Source: an uncultured Methanosarcinaceae archaeon
Lineage (GTDB): Archaea; Halobacteriota; Methanosarcinia; Methanosarcinales; Methanosarcinaceae
DNA length: 64,000 nt
Direction of reading: 5' to 3'
NCBI GenBank assembly: GCA_963833425.1
Contig: CAWHXP010000007.1
Location: 1 to 64,000 of the forward strand
Part shown: piece by piece, positions 47,377 through 58,852 of the stretch
Layout of the letters: every line of letters starts with the position of its first letter
Position numbering within the stretch: the stretch's first letter is position 1
Translations under genes and position numbers: made by a program
The notes under the pieces: model-generated
Seen by the model: only the letters and a program-made list of their open reading frames with translations
The model's database searches: none
What the model was told of the DNA's origin: nothing

Positions 47377-49377
47377 TTAATAACTGCTGGAAAAGCCTCC
47401 GATTTTGTCAAGGGATTGTAGATATTCAAGTACAGCCAGCACATAGGCTGAATGAGACCAAGCCAAAGGAAGAACCGAAATAGATTTTCCTCTGTCATCT
47501 ACCTGTTCGGACAATAGGCCCGAGGGAGAAGTGTGAGTTGCACACCAATCCAGAAGTTCGAGAGCTCTTTCTAAGTTTCCGATTGCTGAATGCCACTGAG
47601 ACAGCCAGAGAGTGCAAATGATCCAGCTGTTCATGTAGCCATAATAGCTGTCTTGAAGATACCGGGCAATTCCGCCAGAGGGACGCTTAAGTTCTCGTTC
47701 AATAGTTTCCATTGTACGGATAATTTTTGGATCATCTGGAGGAAGAATTCCGAAGTACCAGACCGAAAAAACCGACGAATCAAGCGTAGGATCATCTAGA
47801 GAACGTCTGAAGCGCCTGAGTTTATTGTCATAGAGTCTCTCAATAATAGATTTTTTTATGCTAACTGCAGCTTCTTTCCAGCCTTTTGCTATGTAGTCAT
47901 CGCCAAGGGAGCGGGCAAGTTCAGAGGCACCGTTAAGGCCAGCATAGACAGTACAGGCACTGTAGGTATGTACCCCCTTTCGCTCTTCCCATAAGTCGAA
48001 ACTTGAAATTGGAAGGCCTATTTCCCTGTCGATTGCTTTTGTAAGATAGTTAGCTGCTGGAATCACAAGCTCTCTGTAGTATCTGCCTGTAGTCCACACA
48101 CTCTTTGCGATTTTCCAGTTGTTATATAGAGCATAAAGAGGGAGTCCTGTCTCGTCAATCTGAATCATTGGCACCGGATGCCATGTGCTACCGAAATCTC
48201 CTGCAGGAGTATATTTGTGAAGGAAGTTACCTCTGGGTGTGATGATTTTTGAGAAAAACTCAAATATCTCGGTACTCAAGTGGTGGTATCGAGCACTATC
48301 GAGTGCAAGGCATACCCAAGCAGCATCTCTGGGCCAACAGTAGCTATAAAGGTCTGCTCCAAATTGCTTGATATCAGAATCGCAGGATGCAATCACTGAA
48401 CCTGTAATATCCATGTGGGCGACAACTACAAGGAGGCTCCTGTAAAAGCAATTTGAGATTCTTTCCGGAAGCTGAAGCATGTTGGAAAATTCTTGAAGAA
48501 CGGATACTCTTTCAATAAATGAGTTCCAGAAATTTAAATTATGGTGAAAAAAAGTGCTTCTTTCCGTTTCTTTTATACTTTTATTGGCTTTGAGCACATT
48601 GCAATACTTTTTCCCTAGAACAATCCAGTAGTTTATCCGCGTAGATTCTCCAGATTCAAGCTCAGGAAGAGTCCAGCCGAGGGTAGAATCCACCGAGCCA
48701 TGAGCAACAGAATTTCCACTCAAAGAGGCGTCGTTTTCCATATCTTTCCATGTTCCTTCAAATTCCCTCCATTCCGCGGTCCCAGCAGCATACTGGTCAA
48801 AAACAGGGTCACTAGAATGTAGAAAATAACGGTCGCGCTTGTAATGAATCAGATTTTGTTTATCAATAATAGCTGTTTCTCCGATTTTTGTCTCAAGAAT
48901 ACGATAATTCTGGTTGGAAAACAGACGAAGACACCTGGAAGTTTTGGAAATATTCCTGACATCAATGGTCCTGTAAAAGATGTTTACTGATGGGTGGACA
49001 GCTTCCCAGATTGTAATCCTTAGCCCTAGATCAGAATTTTCAAATACCGTTTCTCCTATATTTGAAACAACTTTTCTGCAGGTTTCATGTAACTTATTCT
49101 TACCAGTCTCTTCTCTTCCCCCCTCTCCCTCACCCTCGTCCTTTGAAATTTTAGGATTGTGGTTACAAAATTGTTCTTCGAACTCTGATTTGTACCGCTG
49201 TTGAATCCTCCAGTTTTCAAGCCAGCTGCAATAAAGGGAGTCAAGGTCGCATATACCGACTTTTATAGAGTTACCGTGATTCTCAAGCCCAACGTATGGG
49301 AAATAGACATCTCTTATGGTACCTATTTCATCTTCACATATCAAAATTCTTCCATTTCCGAAAATTAGCGGCCTAAT
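47377..49377 (-). CDS. Glycoside hydrolase family 15 (glucoamylase-like); probable ATT start
   Basis: YSYCWPRDA, QIDETG, FDLWEE, LSEQ and PLAWSH. Conserved-looking RPLIFGNG begins at ATT, 7 nt after GGAGG; the ORF track extends the frame to 49482. Confidence 0.85.
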   Translation of the reverse strand: MRPLIFGNGRILICEDEIGTIRDVYFPYVGLENHGNSIKVGICDLDSLYCSWLENWRIQQRYKSEFEEQFCNHNPKISKDEGEGEGGREETGKNKLHETCRKVVSNIGETVFENSDLGLRITIWEAVHPSVNIFYRTIDVRNISKTSRCLRLFSNQNYRILETKIGETAIIDKQNLIHYKRDRYFLHSSDPVFDQYAAGTAEWREFEGTWKDMENDASLSGNSVAHGSVDSTLGWTLPELESGESTRINYWIVLGKKYCNVLKANKSIKETERSTFFHHNLNFWNSFIERVSVLQEFSNMLQLPERISNCFYRSLLVVVAHMDITGSVIASCDSDIKQFGADLYSYCWPRDAAWVCLALDSARYHHLSTEIFEFFSKIITPRGNFLHKYTPAGDFGSTWHPVPMIQIDETGLPLYALYNNWKIAKSVWTTGRYYRELVIPAANYLTKAIDREIGLPISSFDLWEERKGVHTYSACTVYAGLNGASELARSLGDDYIAKGWKEAAVSIKKSIIERLYDNKLRRFRRSLDDPTLDSSVFSVWYFGILPPDDPKIIRTMETIERELKRPSGGIARYLQDSYYGYMNSWIICTLWLSQWHSAIGNLERALELLDWCATHTSPSGLLSEQVDDRGKSISVLPLAWSHSAYVLAVLEYLQSLDKIGGFSSSY

Positions 49378-50567
49378 CTGGATACCTCCAACTCTGTTTT
49401 CCTTACGTTTTGTGATCAATAAGGAAAATTCTGCATGTGGAATAAAATGCGAAATTTGATTTGAATCCACAAACAATAACATTTACACGATTTACGTCAG
49501 AATGGCATCTATTTTCTAAATATGACAGTAACTTAAAATTGATCCAACTTTCTATGAACAGTAATGGCAACTGGGCAAACAAATTTCACATCTAAATACA
49601 TCTAGATTGCACCTATACTGGTCCATTAGATTTTGAATATTTTTCTGAGAGAATATCGAAACCTTCGTTTTTATTTGGTTGATATAAAGAACAAAATTCT
49701 TTGAAATTAGAGGTTGTTTTATCCTGAAATAACTTTGCGTAGAAATTATGTTTAATTTTTTTCACACCCTCTCAATCCAGATAACATAACTTCCATTATA
49801 AATTTTAATTCTGCTTATTTCTCTTCCAGAAGGGATTTTCTGGCCTGTAGAACTCCTATAAGTTATGCATTTTTCTTCGTCTTTAGTGAAAAATAAGGAG
49901 TATATTATAACTTAATAGATATAATAATCTAGTGTAAAAGTTCAATTTAGAGCATCTCTACAGAGCCGAAATTTTGGACCTATAAAACTGAACCTAGAGC
50001 AAGAAATTAACAACAATCGATGAGAACTACACATCTAAAAGTGCTATATGTGGAACTAGAAACGAAATGCTTTTTTGAACAAAATGTGAAGTGTAGTTGT
50101 TGAAACGTAATTAATAGGGATCTAACTGGCACAATCAGTATCTTGAAATGTTTCATATCACATAATTATTTTGTGGACTAGCCATCATATACATCAAATA
50201 CTTCGCAAAGAATTGGTTTAACGGTATTCAACTGCGCTAGAGTGCTATTCAAGTTATATAAAAATTTTTAATAAGTTCGCCCCACGTGAATGGGCACAAA
50301 AGATTATCTGGAAGGTATGGTGAACCCTTCGATTTTTTTCTTTGATCTATTTTAATTATCGAGCATACAAGAAATTAGTCTTAATGTTTATTAGGAATTT
50401 CTAAGGAACTGTAATTAATAACACATATAAAAATTTTAAATGAAATCATAGTCAGCAATTACGGGAAATGATTTTAAAATATTTACCCATTAAATCTCAA
50501 ATAAATGGATAATGATGTTTCTTCATCCAAGTTGAATAGTTGCCATTTATCCTTTATATTTTCTCTT

Positions 50568-51842
50568 TCACTTTTGAGTACACTTGGTAATTTCTCCACT
50601 AATGTCTTCCCTGAACATCGAAACAGCTTTATTGAAATCATTGGTCTGGCCAAGAACCCACATTAGCTTGACAAGTGAAGTTTCAGGTAAAATATCTTCA
50701 CCCTCAATTGCTCCAGCTTTTATCATATCAGAACCAGTATCATAGACACGATCGCAAATTCTACCACTAAGGCATTGAGATGTAATTACAACAGGTATTT
50801 TTGCATCTGTGGCTTTTCGGATTATCGGGATCCATGTAGTAGAAACGTGACCTAGCCCTGTACCCTCGAGAACCAGTCCCTTATAACCATTTTTGATATA
50901 AAAGTTAAGAACTGCAGGGTCTGCACCTGGGATAAACTTCACAAGAGCACATTTAGGCTCCATTCCGGCCTTGAATTTTAGAGTTTTTTCTCCACGCTTA
51001 GTATAGTCAATGAAAGTTTTTATTTCCCTTGTATTGTAGCCTACAACTCCTATTGGAAGAGAATTTATAGACTTGAAAGCATCCCTGCGAGAACTGTGCA
51101 TTTTTCGGACTTTTGTGCCTCGATGAATTTCACAAAAATCATCTGAAGTAGTGCCATGCATAACAACCGAAACCTCGGCAATGTCGCTTATCGCTACCAA
51201 AGCTGCACAGATTGCATTCATGGCATTGTCACTGCTGGGACGATCTGCACTCCTCTGGGAACCTACAAGAACAATAGGTACAGGTGTTTCTATCATAAAA
51301 GAAAGGGCTGCAGCAGTATACATCATGGTGTCCGTTCCATGGGTGATAATCACTCCGTCAGCTCCTGTGTGTATTTCTTCTACGACTGCATGGGCAAGGT
51401 TTTGCCAGGATTCCGAATCCATATTTTCCGATAGGATGCTTGAGATAACTTTGCCTTTGAAGTCAGCTATTTCCCTGAGTTCAGGAATTGTATCAAGGAT
51501 ATCATCAGCAGTAAACTGGGACGTAACTGCTCCTGTCCGATAGTCGATCTTACTTGCAATGGTTCCACCTGTTGAAAGAATTGCTACTTTAGGAAGCTTT
51601 TTTCCAGTCCATGGAAGTTTTTCTCTTGTCTTTTTTTGTTCTTCACAACCTTTAAAGCTTTTATTTATATCTTTTCCTTTACTTTCCAGAAGGGTTATTT
51701 GAACATTATTCATGGAAAAACCAGCGTTGTAGCCGCTTTTCATTTTTATTGTAATGTATCCTTCCATTGAAGGCATCACTTGGCCTTCAAATGCCGCCCC
51801 ATTTTTTTCAATACGTATCCAGTCGCTTTGTTTGAATTCCAT
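50568..51842 (-). CDS. gatD: Glu-tRNA(Gln) amidotransferase subunit D
   Basis: [27 protein letters not shown] and [12 protein letters not shown]. Confidence 0.96.
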   Translation of the reverse strand: MEFKQSDWIRIEKNGAAFEGQVMPSMEGYITIKMKSGYNAGFSMNNVQITLLESKGKDINKSFKGCEEQKKTREKLPWTGKKLPKVAILSTGGTIASKIDYRTGAVTSQFTADDILDTIPELREIADFKGKVISSILSENMDSESWQNLAHAVVEEIHTGADGVIITHGTDTMMYTAAALSFMIETPVPIVLVGSQRSADRPSSDNAMNAICAALVAISDIAEVSVVMHGTTSDDFCEIHRGTKVRKMHSSRRDAFKSINSLPIGVVGYNTREIKTFIDYTKRGEKTLKFKAGMEPKCALVKFIPGADPAVLNFYIKNGYKGLVLEGTGLGHVSTTWIPIIRKATDAKIPVVITSQCLSGRICDRVYDTGSDMIKAGAIEGEDILPETSLVKLMWVLGQTNDFNKAVSMFREDISGEITKCTQK

Positions 51843-52006
51843 GCATTTACCCCTTTTCTACTGATTTTTTAAGGTGTTATCTCGAGATACGATCAAAAAC
51901 ATCATATTACTTGTGTGATACTAAAGATAACGAATATTTTGTGCGATGTTAAGAGGTTAAAAGATAATACTAAAATTAAATGTGTTTTCGTGCTTAAATT
52001 CAACAT

Positions 52007-53482
52007 TCAAGTTTTTCTATATTCATTAACTATTGAAAGCAAATTTTCAAAAGCAGAATTGGTGATTTTTTTAAGATTTGCAGTTTCCAGCTTATCAAGT
52101 TCTAGATCAGTCAGCCTTTTTGCAAGATAACGCAGTACTTCCTCTGGAGCGGGCCCACCAGCAACTTTTCGTCTCTTTATGTTAGAAACAGGGTCTAGTG
52201 CTTCAGTGACCATATTTTCTGTTAGTCCTATCCTTGAAAGAGACTCTTCCAACACAATTTTGGCCGCAGAATCAATCTTTTCTAGTGTAAGTTTTCCCCC
52301 TTCCTTTGCTAGCATTCCTACAATTTGGTGGGCAGTCCTAAATGGGATTCCGGTTTCACGAACGATGGTATCTGCAAGTTCGGTAGCTGTCGTAAAACCT
52401 TCAATAGACTGGTTTGCTAGTACGTCAAGGTGGACTTTCATAGTCCTTATCATTCCCTCCATTATCTTTACAGACGCTCTAACTGTTTCAACCGAGCGCC
52501 AGATATTTGGAGTGGCTTCCTGAAGGTCCCGATTGTAACTCAAGGGCAGGCCTTTGCAGATCGTGAGCAAAGAAATGAGAGCTCCAAAAGCCACCCCAGT
52601 TTTCCCGCGCACGAGTTCTGCAGAGTCAGGATTTTTTTTCTGTGGCATTATCGAGGAAGTGGAGGCATACATATCATTGAGTTCGAAGAAGTTGAATTCG
52701 GATGAAGACCAAACTACAACTTCTTCGGCCATCCGGCTTAGGTTTACCATCAGGTTTGCAAACACCGAGGCGCATTCAATAAGAAAATCCCTGCTGCTTA
52801 CAGCATCCATCGAGTTTTCGAGCAACCCTTCAAAACCCAGGAGTTCTTGAGTCCTTTTTCTGTTGAGGTCAAAACCCGTAGATGCGAATGCAGCAGCTCC
52901 AAGGGGGCAGAGGTTTGTCCTGTAAAACGCATCACGAACCCTGTCAAAGTCTCTGCTGAATGCAGCTTCATGGGCGCATATATGATGGGCAAAGGTTGTT
53001 GGCTGGGCATGTTGCAGGTGTGTAAAACCAGGCATAAGGGTGTTGATATGTTTTCCTGCAAGAGTGATTAGGGTACTTCGAAAGACTAAAATTTCCTCCA
53101 GAAGTCCTGTCAGCTCTTCTCTTAGAGCCAGCCGGATACAGGTTGCAACTTCATCGTTTCTGGAACGTCCAGAGTGCATTCTGCCCCCGACTTCTTCCCC
53201 AACAATATTAATAAGTCTTGACTCTAGGGATATATGAATATCTTCGTAGCTGAAATCAAGCTTTTCCATCCCTTCGTCCCGGATTCTCAAAAGCCCACCA
53301 AGGATTTTACTACAGTCTTCCTTACTAATAATGCCCTGTTCTTTCAACATAACTGTATGAGCAAGGTCTACTGATATATCATACTTAAAAAGCCATCTGT
53401 CAGCTTCCATTGAGGAGTTATAACGCAATATTTCGTCTTCCTGAGCCGCTTCCAGCCTTCCTCTACGTAAAATATTGCTCAT
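52007..53482 (-). CDS. argH: Argininosuccinate lyase
   Basis: HSGRSRNDEV, PGFTHLQHAQP and SSIMPQKKNPD. Confidence 0.96.
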   Translation of the reverse strand: MSNILRRGRLEAAQEDEILRYNSSMEADRWLFKYDISVDLAHTVMLKEQGIISKEDCSKILGGLLRIRDEGMEKLDFSYEDIHISLESRLINIVGEEVGGRMHSGRSRNDEVATCIRLALREELTGLLEEILVFRSTLITLAGKHINTLMPGFTHLQHAQPTTFAHHICAHEAAFSRDFDRVRDAFYRTNLCPLGAAAFASTGFDLNRKRTQELLGFEGLLENSMDAVSSRDFLIECASVFANLMVNLSRMAEEVVVWSSSEFNFFELNDMYASTSSIMPQKKNPDSAELVRGKTGVAFGALISLLTICKGLPLSYNRDLQEATPNIWRSVETVRASVKIMEGMIRTMKVHLDVLANQSIEGFTTATELADTIVRETGIPFRTAHQIVGMLAKEGGKLTLEKIDSAAKIVLEESLSRIGLTENMVTEALDPVSNIKRRKVAGGPAPEEVLRYLAKRLTDLELDKLETANLKKITNSAFENLLSIVNEYRKT

Positions 53483-53955
53483 AGGGTTTCCTCCTTATAA
53501 TTTTTTTATTATTTTCTGAAAGGAACTTACATGTATGAGAATTTTTATTCCACTAATATATTTTTCTATAGAAGTATATCTTGGAAATCAAAAGTATCCT
53601 TGAGCTCATCCGTCAAAAATTTATAGCAGGGTATCTCTCCAAGCGCTTCATATGAATTACTATCCGTAAATTTTTAATAAAAGTTCTATCAAAGGAGCAC
53701 TTTTCTTCTAGGTGAGTTCGATTAAATTTCAAAACATTACCCACACTGTTGGCTTCAGTACTTCGCTGAAACCTCGCATCCACTGTTATTCCATCTTTAT
53801 ACCTCATACATTCCACTGCTATTCTAACTCTTGACTTTAATCTTAATTATTCTTAAATTCGAGGTATAAACATATCAAATCTTTACTTTTCTTCATCTAT
53901 GGCTTTATAACTCGTTTGAACATACTTTCATCCAATGTAACAAGAATACCATCTC

Positions 53956-54048
53956 TTTTTTCAATATGATAGCAGCTTAAAAATTAATCTAACTTCCAAT
54001 GAATAATAAGGGCAAATAGGCAAACAAATTAACATTTGTCTTAATCTG
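53956..54048 (+). repeat. Dispersed ~90-bp repeat, copy B (3' side of ftr)
   Basis: AGCTTAAAAATTAATCTAACTTCCAATGAATAATAAGGGCAAATAGGCAAACAAATTAACATTTGT. Confidence 0.7.
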
Positions 54049-54413
54049 GGATTGAGGTACTATACTTTGTCACGAGAAATCGTTTGTTCAATACGATATT
54101 TATCCGTTTTTGCTATGAATTATAGATTTGGCTACATAAATGCATATAACTAAAGTGAAATTATAATATCTAAATTATCGTGTTAAGTAGCATGCTTAGT
54201 GTTTTTTGGATGTATTTTAGATTTGTTAAGAAGATTTGAATGAGAACTTTTTTAATATTTATTCTTTCGCTACTCGAAAAATCAGTCCGTGAAGTCAATA
54301 TTTCTTTTTTTGCATTTTTTTCTTACCGTTATATCACGTGTTGTTCTTTTACCTCTTCGTCCTTAATCAGTAAAAAAGAAATTGTGAAAACTGAAACCAA
54401 AAAAATATGGAGA

Positions 54414-55307
54414 TCAGAATAGGTCGTGTAGTTTAAACTTGTATTTCCCGAGTTTTCCGTCATAGTTTCCTGCGGAGATCTTCTTGATGCCTGGAACGGT
54501 TACAGCGCACTTAATTCCTGCTCTCATGGCGGCTTTAACGCTGTTTTCATCAAGCCCATTGATAACTATTTCATAAACAGAATTGACATTTGCCGGAATT
54601 TCAGTGTTCTCAATTTTGTATTTTATGGAGGGACAAAATTTTTCGTTAGTTGTAGCCTTCAGGAATTTGTACTTGTTTGCTCCGGATTTGGATCCACTGG
54701 CCACTATACCTCCAGGAAAGGGTGTAATTGTGCCTTCGAGCTCTGCAATTGCTTCCACAGCAACTTCGGCTGCCGTCAGAGCGCTCATCTGTGAGTCTCC
54801 AAAGATAAAGAAATTACCGCCTGCAATTCCATCTAAAGCTCCGATATTTACTTCATTCAGGAAATCTCCTCCCATTGTAGGAATTTTATATACTTTGCGT
54901 CCCGAGATCTGGGATTCTGATTCCATACCATCTCCGAAAAATTTGAGTTTAGAGCCTATGTTAAATTGCTTTTCAGCTTCATAAAGCCCATTGAAAACTG
55001 AAGTTGTAGGAGCTGTAAGTATGCATTGTCCGATCCTTTCAAGTAATTGTTTTTCGAGAGCTTCATATTTGAAATTACAGATTTGGATGTAAACTCCAGG
55101 CCTGTTATCTGGAGTTTCACTTGGGCTTGCTAGTTTTTCGATTCCTGCTTCTGCAGGACACATTATAACGGACGTCGCGAAACCTGTAGCTTCAGTAGCT
55201 GCCACGAGGGCCCAGCGTTTAGTAACGGCGGTGATGAGCACTCGTGAAATCTTGATTTGAAAAGCTTCTGCGTATGTATCTTCGATTTCTACTCCATTGA
55301 TTTCTAT
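54414..55307 (-). CDS. ftr: Formylmethanofuran--tetrahydromethanopterin formyltransferase; apparent ATA start
   Basis: The frame extends to ATA-GAA-ATC-AAT-GGA (canonical MEINGVEIEDTYAEAF), 297 aa. Motifs RIGQCILTAPTT, PFPGGIVASGSK and YEIVING. Confidence 0.95.
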   Translation of the reverse strand: MEINGVEIEDTYAEAFQIKISRVLITAVTKRWALVAATEATGFATSVIMCPAEAGIEKLASPSETPDNRPGVYIQICNFKYEALEKQLLERIGQCILTAPTTSVFNGLYEAEKQFNIGSKLKFFGDGMESESQISGRKVYKIPTMGGDFLNEVNIGALDGIAGGNFFIFGDSQMSALTAAEVAVEAIAELEGTITPFPGGIVASGSKSGANKYKFLKATTNEKFCPSIKYKIENTEIPANVNSVYEIVINGLDENSVKAAMRAGIKCAVTVPGIKKISAGNYDGKLGKYKFKLHDLF

Positions 55308-55544
55308 AGAAATCCCTCTTTTACAATCATTTTTAATTTAGAGATATTTTAATATATTGTGGGATCGAAAAAAATTATCATCAATTTTACTGGCAATTGA
55401 CTGTAATTAATCAAAAATTCAGGTAAAATTTTTCAATGAATAATCCTACATTTCGCAAATGTATACAGCTGTATATTTCATTTGTCTATTGGCCCATAGT
55501 TATTCTAGAACTCACGTCCCTTAGATGTATACACGAATTATTTA

Positions 55545-55638
55545 TTTTCTCAATAAGGATAAAGCTTAAAAATTAATTTACCTTTCAAGAATAATAGTGG
55601 TCAAATAGGCAAACAGATTATACATTTGTGTACATCTG
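55545..55638 (+). repeat. Dispersed ~90-bp repeat, copy C (5' side of ftr)
   Basis: AGCTTAAAAATTAATTTACCTTTCAAGAATAATAGTGGTCAAATAGGCAAACAGATTATACATTTGT. Confidence 0.7.
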
Positions 55639-55999
55639 AAGAATGTCAGTTAAAATAATCAAATTTGAAACATTCTTTTTTTGGATACTTTAGACCAGAT
55701 TCACTATTTCATATTTTTCGTTCAAGTTTCTTCTTCAATTCCCAGTTTCAAATTTTTTAATTTCTCTTGTCTTACAGGAGAAGCTACTTAATTAAATATG
55801 TTATTTAATCAAATTGTTGTTCAAATTTAGAGATTTGTAACATTTTTGAGAATTTCCAAAATCGGTTTTTAATTCCACTAGCAATTGACTTCAATAAATC
55901 ATAAAATCCAGAAATAATGGCAAGTATCCTGTAAAGAATATTTTTTCATTATCTTCAAAATGATGGTTCGATTTGAAAACTTTAAATAATTTTCAATAT

Positions 56000-56830
56000 T
56001 TATTTTGGTTTTTCATATAATTTGGTTTTCTTCAGCAGGATGCCGCTTTTTGCATGGGATTGTCTGAAGACAGTGTCGTTGGATTTTTCAATTTCTCTTG
56101 CTTGAGTTGCAAGATGAGCGGCAGCTCCCATTATTTCGTGTCCTGCTGCAGCTGTAAGGCATATTTGGTCAAGTTCCTTTAGAGTGAAACAGACTGGGTA
56201 GTTAACCTGTGCTACTTTTTCAGCTATGTGAAGGGCAGCAAGAGCCTTTGCTTTCGCATAGGGATTTGAGAAACCTGCATGTTGAATACATGTTTCTGGT
56301 TTTGCAAAAAGATGTGGAAGCTCCAGTTCCTGTCCAGACTTTCCATGATCAAGTTGAGCGGTTATTCTGTCTAATTCCTCTTGAATAAGTCTCACAACTC
56401 CACAAATAGAGAGAACTTTCATTACATCGGCGTTGAAGGCTACCATTTCTACTGGATCAAGAAACTCTCTTTTTGCTCCTATGAGCGGATCCACCGTCAG
56501 GATAATATATCCAAAGCCTTGTTGCTCCAAAGCTTCTCTGGCTTCTTTCTGTTTTGGCCCATCTGAGATCACAATGCATGGCACTTCCTTCCATGCTTCA
56601 AGGACTGCCGCAGGACCTGGAGCAGTTGCGTTAGGGCTGATAATTACTACAAAGTCTGGATTCCACTGCTTGAAACTTTCAGTATCAATAGCCTCGGCTA
56701 GGCCCATCTTAGCACCTGTTCCAAATACCCGTACTGTGATTCCCTCTCGCATTGCCATTTCATCCTGGATCAGAGTGATAATCTGACTCATCCCCAGATT
56801 ACCCATCTTTATAATGCCGATCTTAACCAT
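56000..56830 (-). CDS. mtd: F420-dependent methylene-H4MPT dehydrogenase
   Basis: KIGIIKMGNLG, GTGAKMG, SPNATAPGP, DPLIGAKREFLDPVEM and FSNPYAKAKA. Confidence 0.94.
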   Translation of the reverse strand: MVKIGIIKMGNLGMSQIITLIQDEMAMREGITVRVFGTGAKMGLAEAIDTESFKQWNPDFVVIISPNATAPGPAAVLEAWKEVPCIVISDGPKQKEAREALEQQGFGYIILTVDPLIGAKREFLDPVEMVAFNADVMKVLSICGVVRLIQEELDRITAQLDHGKSGQELELPHLFAKPETCIQHAGFSNPYAKAKALAALHIAEKVAQVNYPVCFTLKELDQICLTAAAGHEIMGAAAHLATQAREIEKSNDTVFRQSHAKSGILLKKTKLYEKPK

Positions 56831-57380
56831 TTTACCCGTAATCCTGAGTTGACTATTTTCTTCAATAATGAAGTTTCGAAAGAATTTATTAACCTTCTAG
56901 TAATGTACTCCACTATGTGATATTCTATAAATTTATGCTTTATATATGCCTTTTTTCTTTATGTTTATATAATTTATGCCGTAGAAATCTGTAAGGCGTA
57001 CGATTATTATTTAGTTGTCACCAATTAATTACTTGTTACGGAAGCCTTAAGGCAAAGTTATAGATTCAGTCACACAAAGCGGCCCTAAAGATGCATTCGA
57101 GGAACTGATCCGATGCAACAGAGCTCGGGCAGAGCGATGAGTAGTTGTCGGGGATGATTCAAAAGATGCCAGTATCAGATGCAATCTAGTTTTGAGCGTA
57201 ATAATCCTATCTTACTTTCGCACGGATCTGTTGCATCTCATATTTCTAAAAACAAGATTTCTTGCGATATGTTTCTATGTTGGCTCCTCGTATTTTCTAC
57301 TTTATGTTTAAGAAGATCTAAAAATAAAACCCATGGTTATATACATTGTGCAAAAAAAATCAAATTCCGATAAATATCTT

Positions 57381-57800
57381 ATGGGAACATTTCCAAAACA
57401 GGAAAAAGATCCTAAGGCGCTTTCACAAATCTAATAGGTAATTTTCTTTCATGGTTTTCTTAACTTGGAGCATTAAGCGGTATTCATATGTTCAATATTG
57501 CAAGTGGGATGGTCGATATCTGAGAATTAGAACGCATATATGTGATATTCGAGACGCAAAGCTTTATTCCCAACCAATTCTAGATCCTTCCTGTAGCTAC
57601 CATCGGAAACAATTGATTTGATAAAACATGAACTTGGGGAAATAGCGGTATAATAAGCAAAAATGCTCCTAAAGTAGTCCACAGCATAAGAGGTGTTCAA
57701 AAAACCTAGACTCGGAGAAAACGATGAACTATCTGAACTCCAATTTGGTATTCGAACACTGTAACTTGGCTACTTTGCGGCGTATGCACAGAATAACTTT
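57381..57800 (+). pseudogene. fmdE: FmdE pseudogene, heavily degraded
   Basis: DPKALSQI**VIFFHGFL, ERIYVIFETQSFIP..ATIGNN and IRGV..DSEKT in broken frames, at the fmdE position immediately upstream of fmdF. Confidence 0.7.
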
Positions 57801-57814
57801 GAGAGGTAAGCAAA

Positions 57815-58852
57815 ATGCATGAATGTGAACTATTTTCTATCTTCTCCGGACAGAAAACCCGGCAGCTAATCTATATACCTAAAAAATGCATCGGCTGTGG
57901 GACCTGCGTACAAGCATGCCCCAAAAGTAGCCTTTCAGTAGGGGCTGTGGGCGCAATAGTAAGAAAGTTATTGAATGCAGATTTTCTGGAAAAAAAGAGC
58001 GAAGATTGCCTTGTGTGTGATATTTGTGCGAGAGTTTGTCCTACAGGTGCTCTTGAGTTGAGACAAGATGGAAAAATCCTTAATGACATGTCCTATATTT
58101 TCGAGGCCATGAAACCGACGAAAGTAGATGAAAATTGTGTCCACTGTGGGCTTTGTGAGGATATCTGCCCAAGAGCCTGTATTGAAGTCATCCAAAATAT
58201 TTCAAAGGATGGCAGCCTGAAGATGGTTGGAAAGACTCTCATTAATTCGGCGTCCTGCGTTCACTGTGGCTGGTGTGCTGCAGTATGCCCGGTGAATGCA
58301 ATTTTTGTGGAAAAACCCTTTAAAGGACAATGGATCTGGGTTGAGGATGTCTGTCAGACCTGCCATACCTGTATAGAAGTCTGTCCTTCAAATGCCCTTT
58401 TTAGCAAAGAGGCCAAATCCGGAGAAAAAGTCGAAAAGATAACTCTCCGGCCAGATGCATGTATTTATTGTGGAGCCTGTGCAGTTGCCTGTCCTGTAAA
58501 CGCTATTACCGTTCGAAAAACTGCAATCCTTCCGAGTTTGGAGAATAAAGGTCCCCTAGAGAAAAAGATACTCGAAGCTCCTGTTCCGGAAGTTACGCAT
58601 CGCACACGCATAGAAACGGATGAAGATGCATGTCTGGGATGTGGGAATTGTGTTATTGTCTGTCCAGCAAATGCCCTCAATAACCGTGAACTTGCTGCAG
58701 GATACTTAAACAATATGGATGAAAAAGTTCTTCTTGAGGTTAAAAACGGAAAAATTTTTGTTGTAACCCAGGAACTCTGCGGAGAAGATGGAATATGCGT
58801 TCTTATTTGTCCTGTTAGTGCGATCTGGTTTGTAAAAAGAGAGGTGAAATAA
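57815..58852 (+). CDS. fmdF: Formylmethanofuran dehydrogenase subunit F (polyferredoxin)
   Basis: Eight CxxCxxCxxxCP-type motifs (the last with Asp at position 2), upstream of fmdA. Confidence 0.9.
   Translation: MHECELFSIFSGQKTRQLIYIPKKCIGCGTCVQACPKSSLSVGAVGAIVRKLLNADFLEKKSEDCLVCDICARVCPTGALELRQDGKILNDMSYIFEAMKPTKVDENCVHCGLCEDICPRACIEVIQNISKDGSLKMVGKTLINSASCVHCGWCAAVCPVNAIFVEKPFKGQWIWVEDVCQTCHTCIEVCPSNALFSKEAKSGEKVEKITLRPDACIYCGACAVACPVNAITVRKTAILPSLENKGPLEKKILEAPVPEVTHRTRIETDEDACLGCGNCVIVCPANALNNRELAAGYLNNMDEKVLLEVKNGKIFVVTQELCGEDGICVLICPVSAIWFVKREVK

Noticed and set aside
53600..53970. IEKRDG as an ATP-cone (NrdD/NrdR) remnant
   Set aside because: The match is only a few residues and overlaps the dispersed repeat.
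57040..57200. GC-richer patch upstream of fmd as a Moco riboswitch or ncRNA
   Set aside because: No recognisable conserved structure. One frame reads like a HAD-hydrolase scrap (VVVGDDSKD), so a gene relic is at least as likely.
35880..57800. Pyrrolysine (UAG) readthrough or recoding as the explanation for broken ORFs
   Set aside because: The breaks are frameshifts and mixed TAA/TGA/TAG stops, not single in-frame ambers; no methylamine methyltransferase or pyl genes are present.
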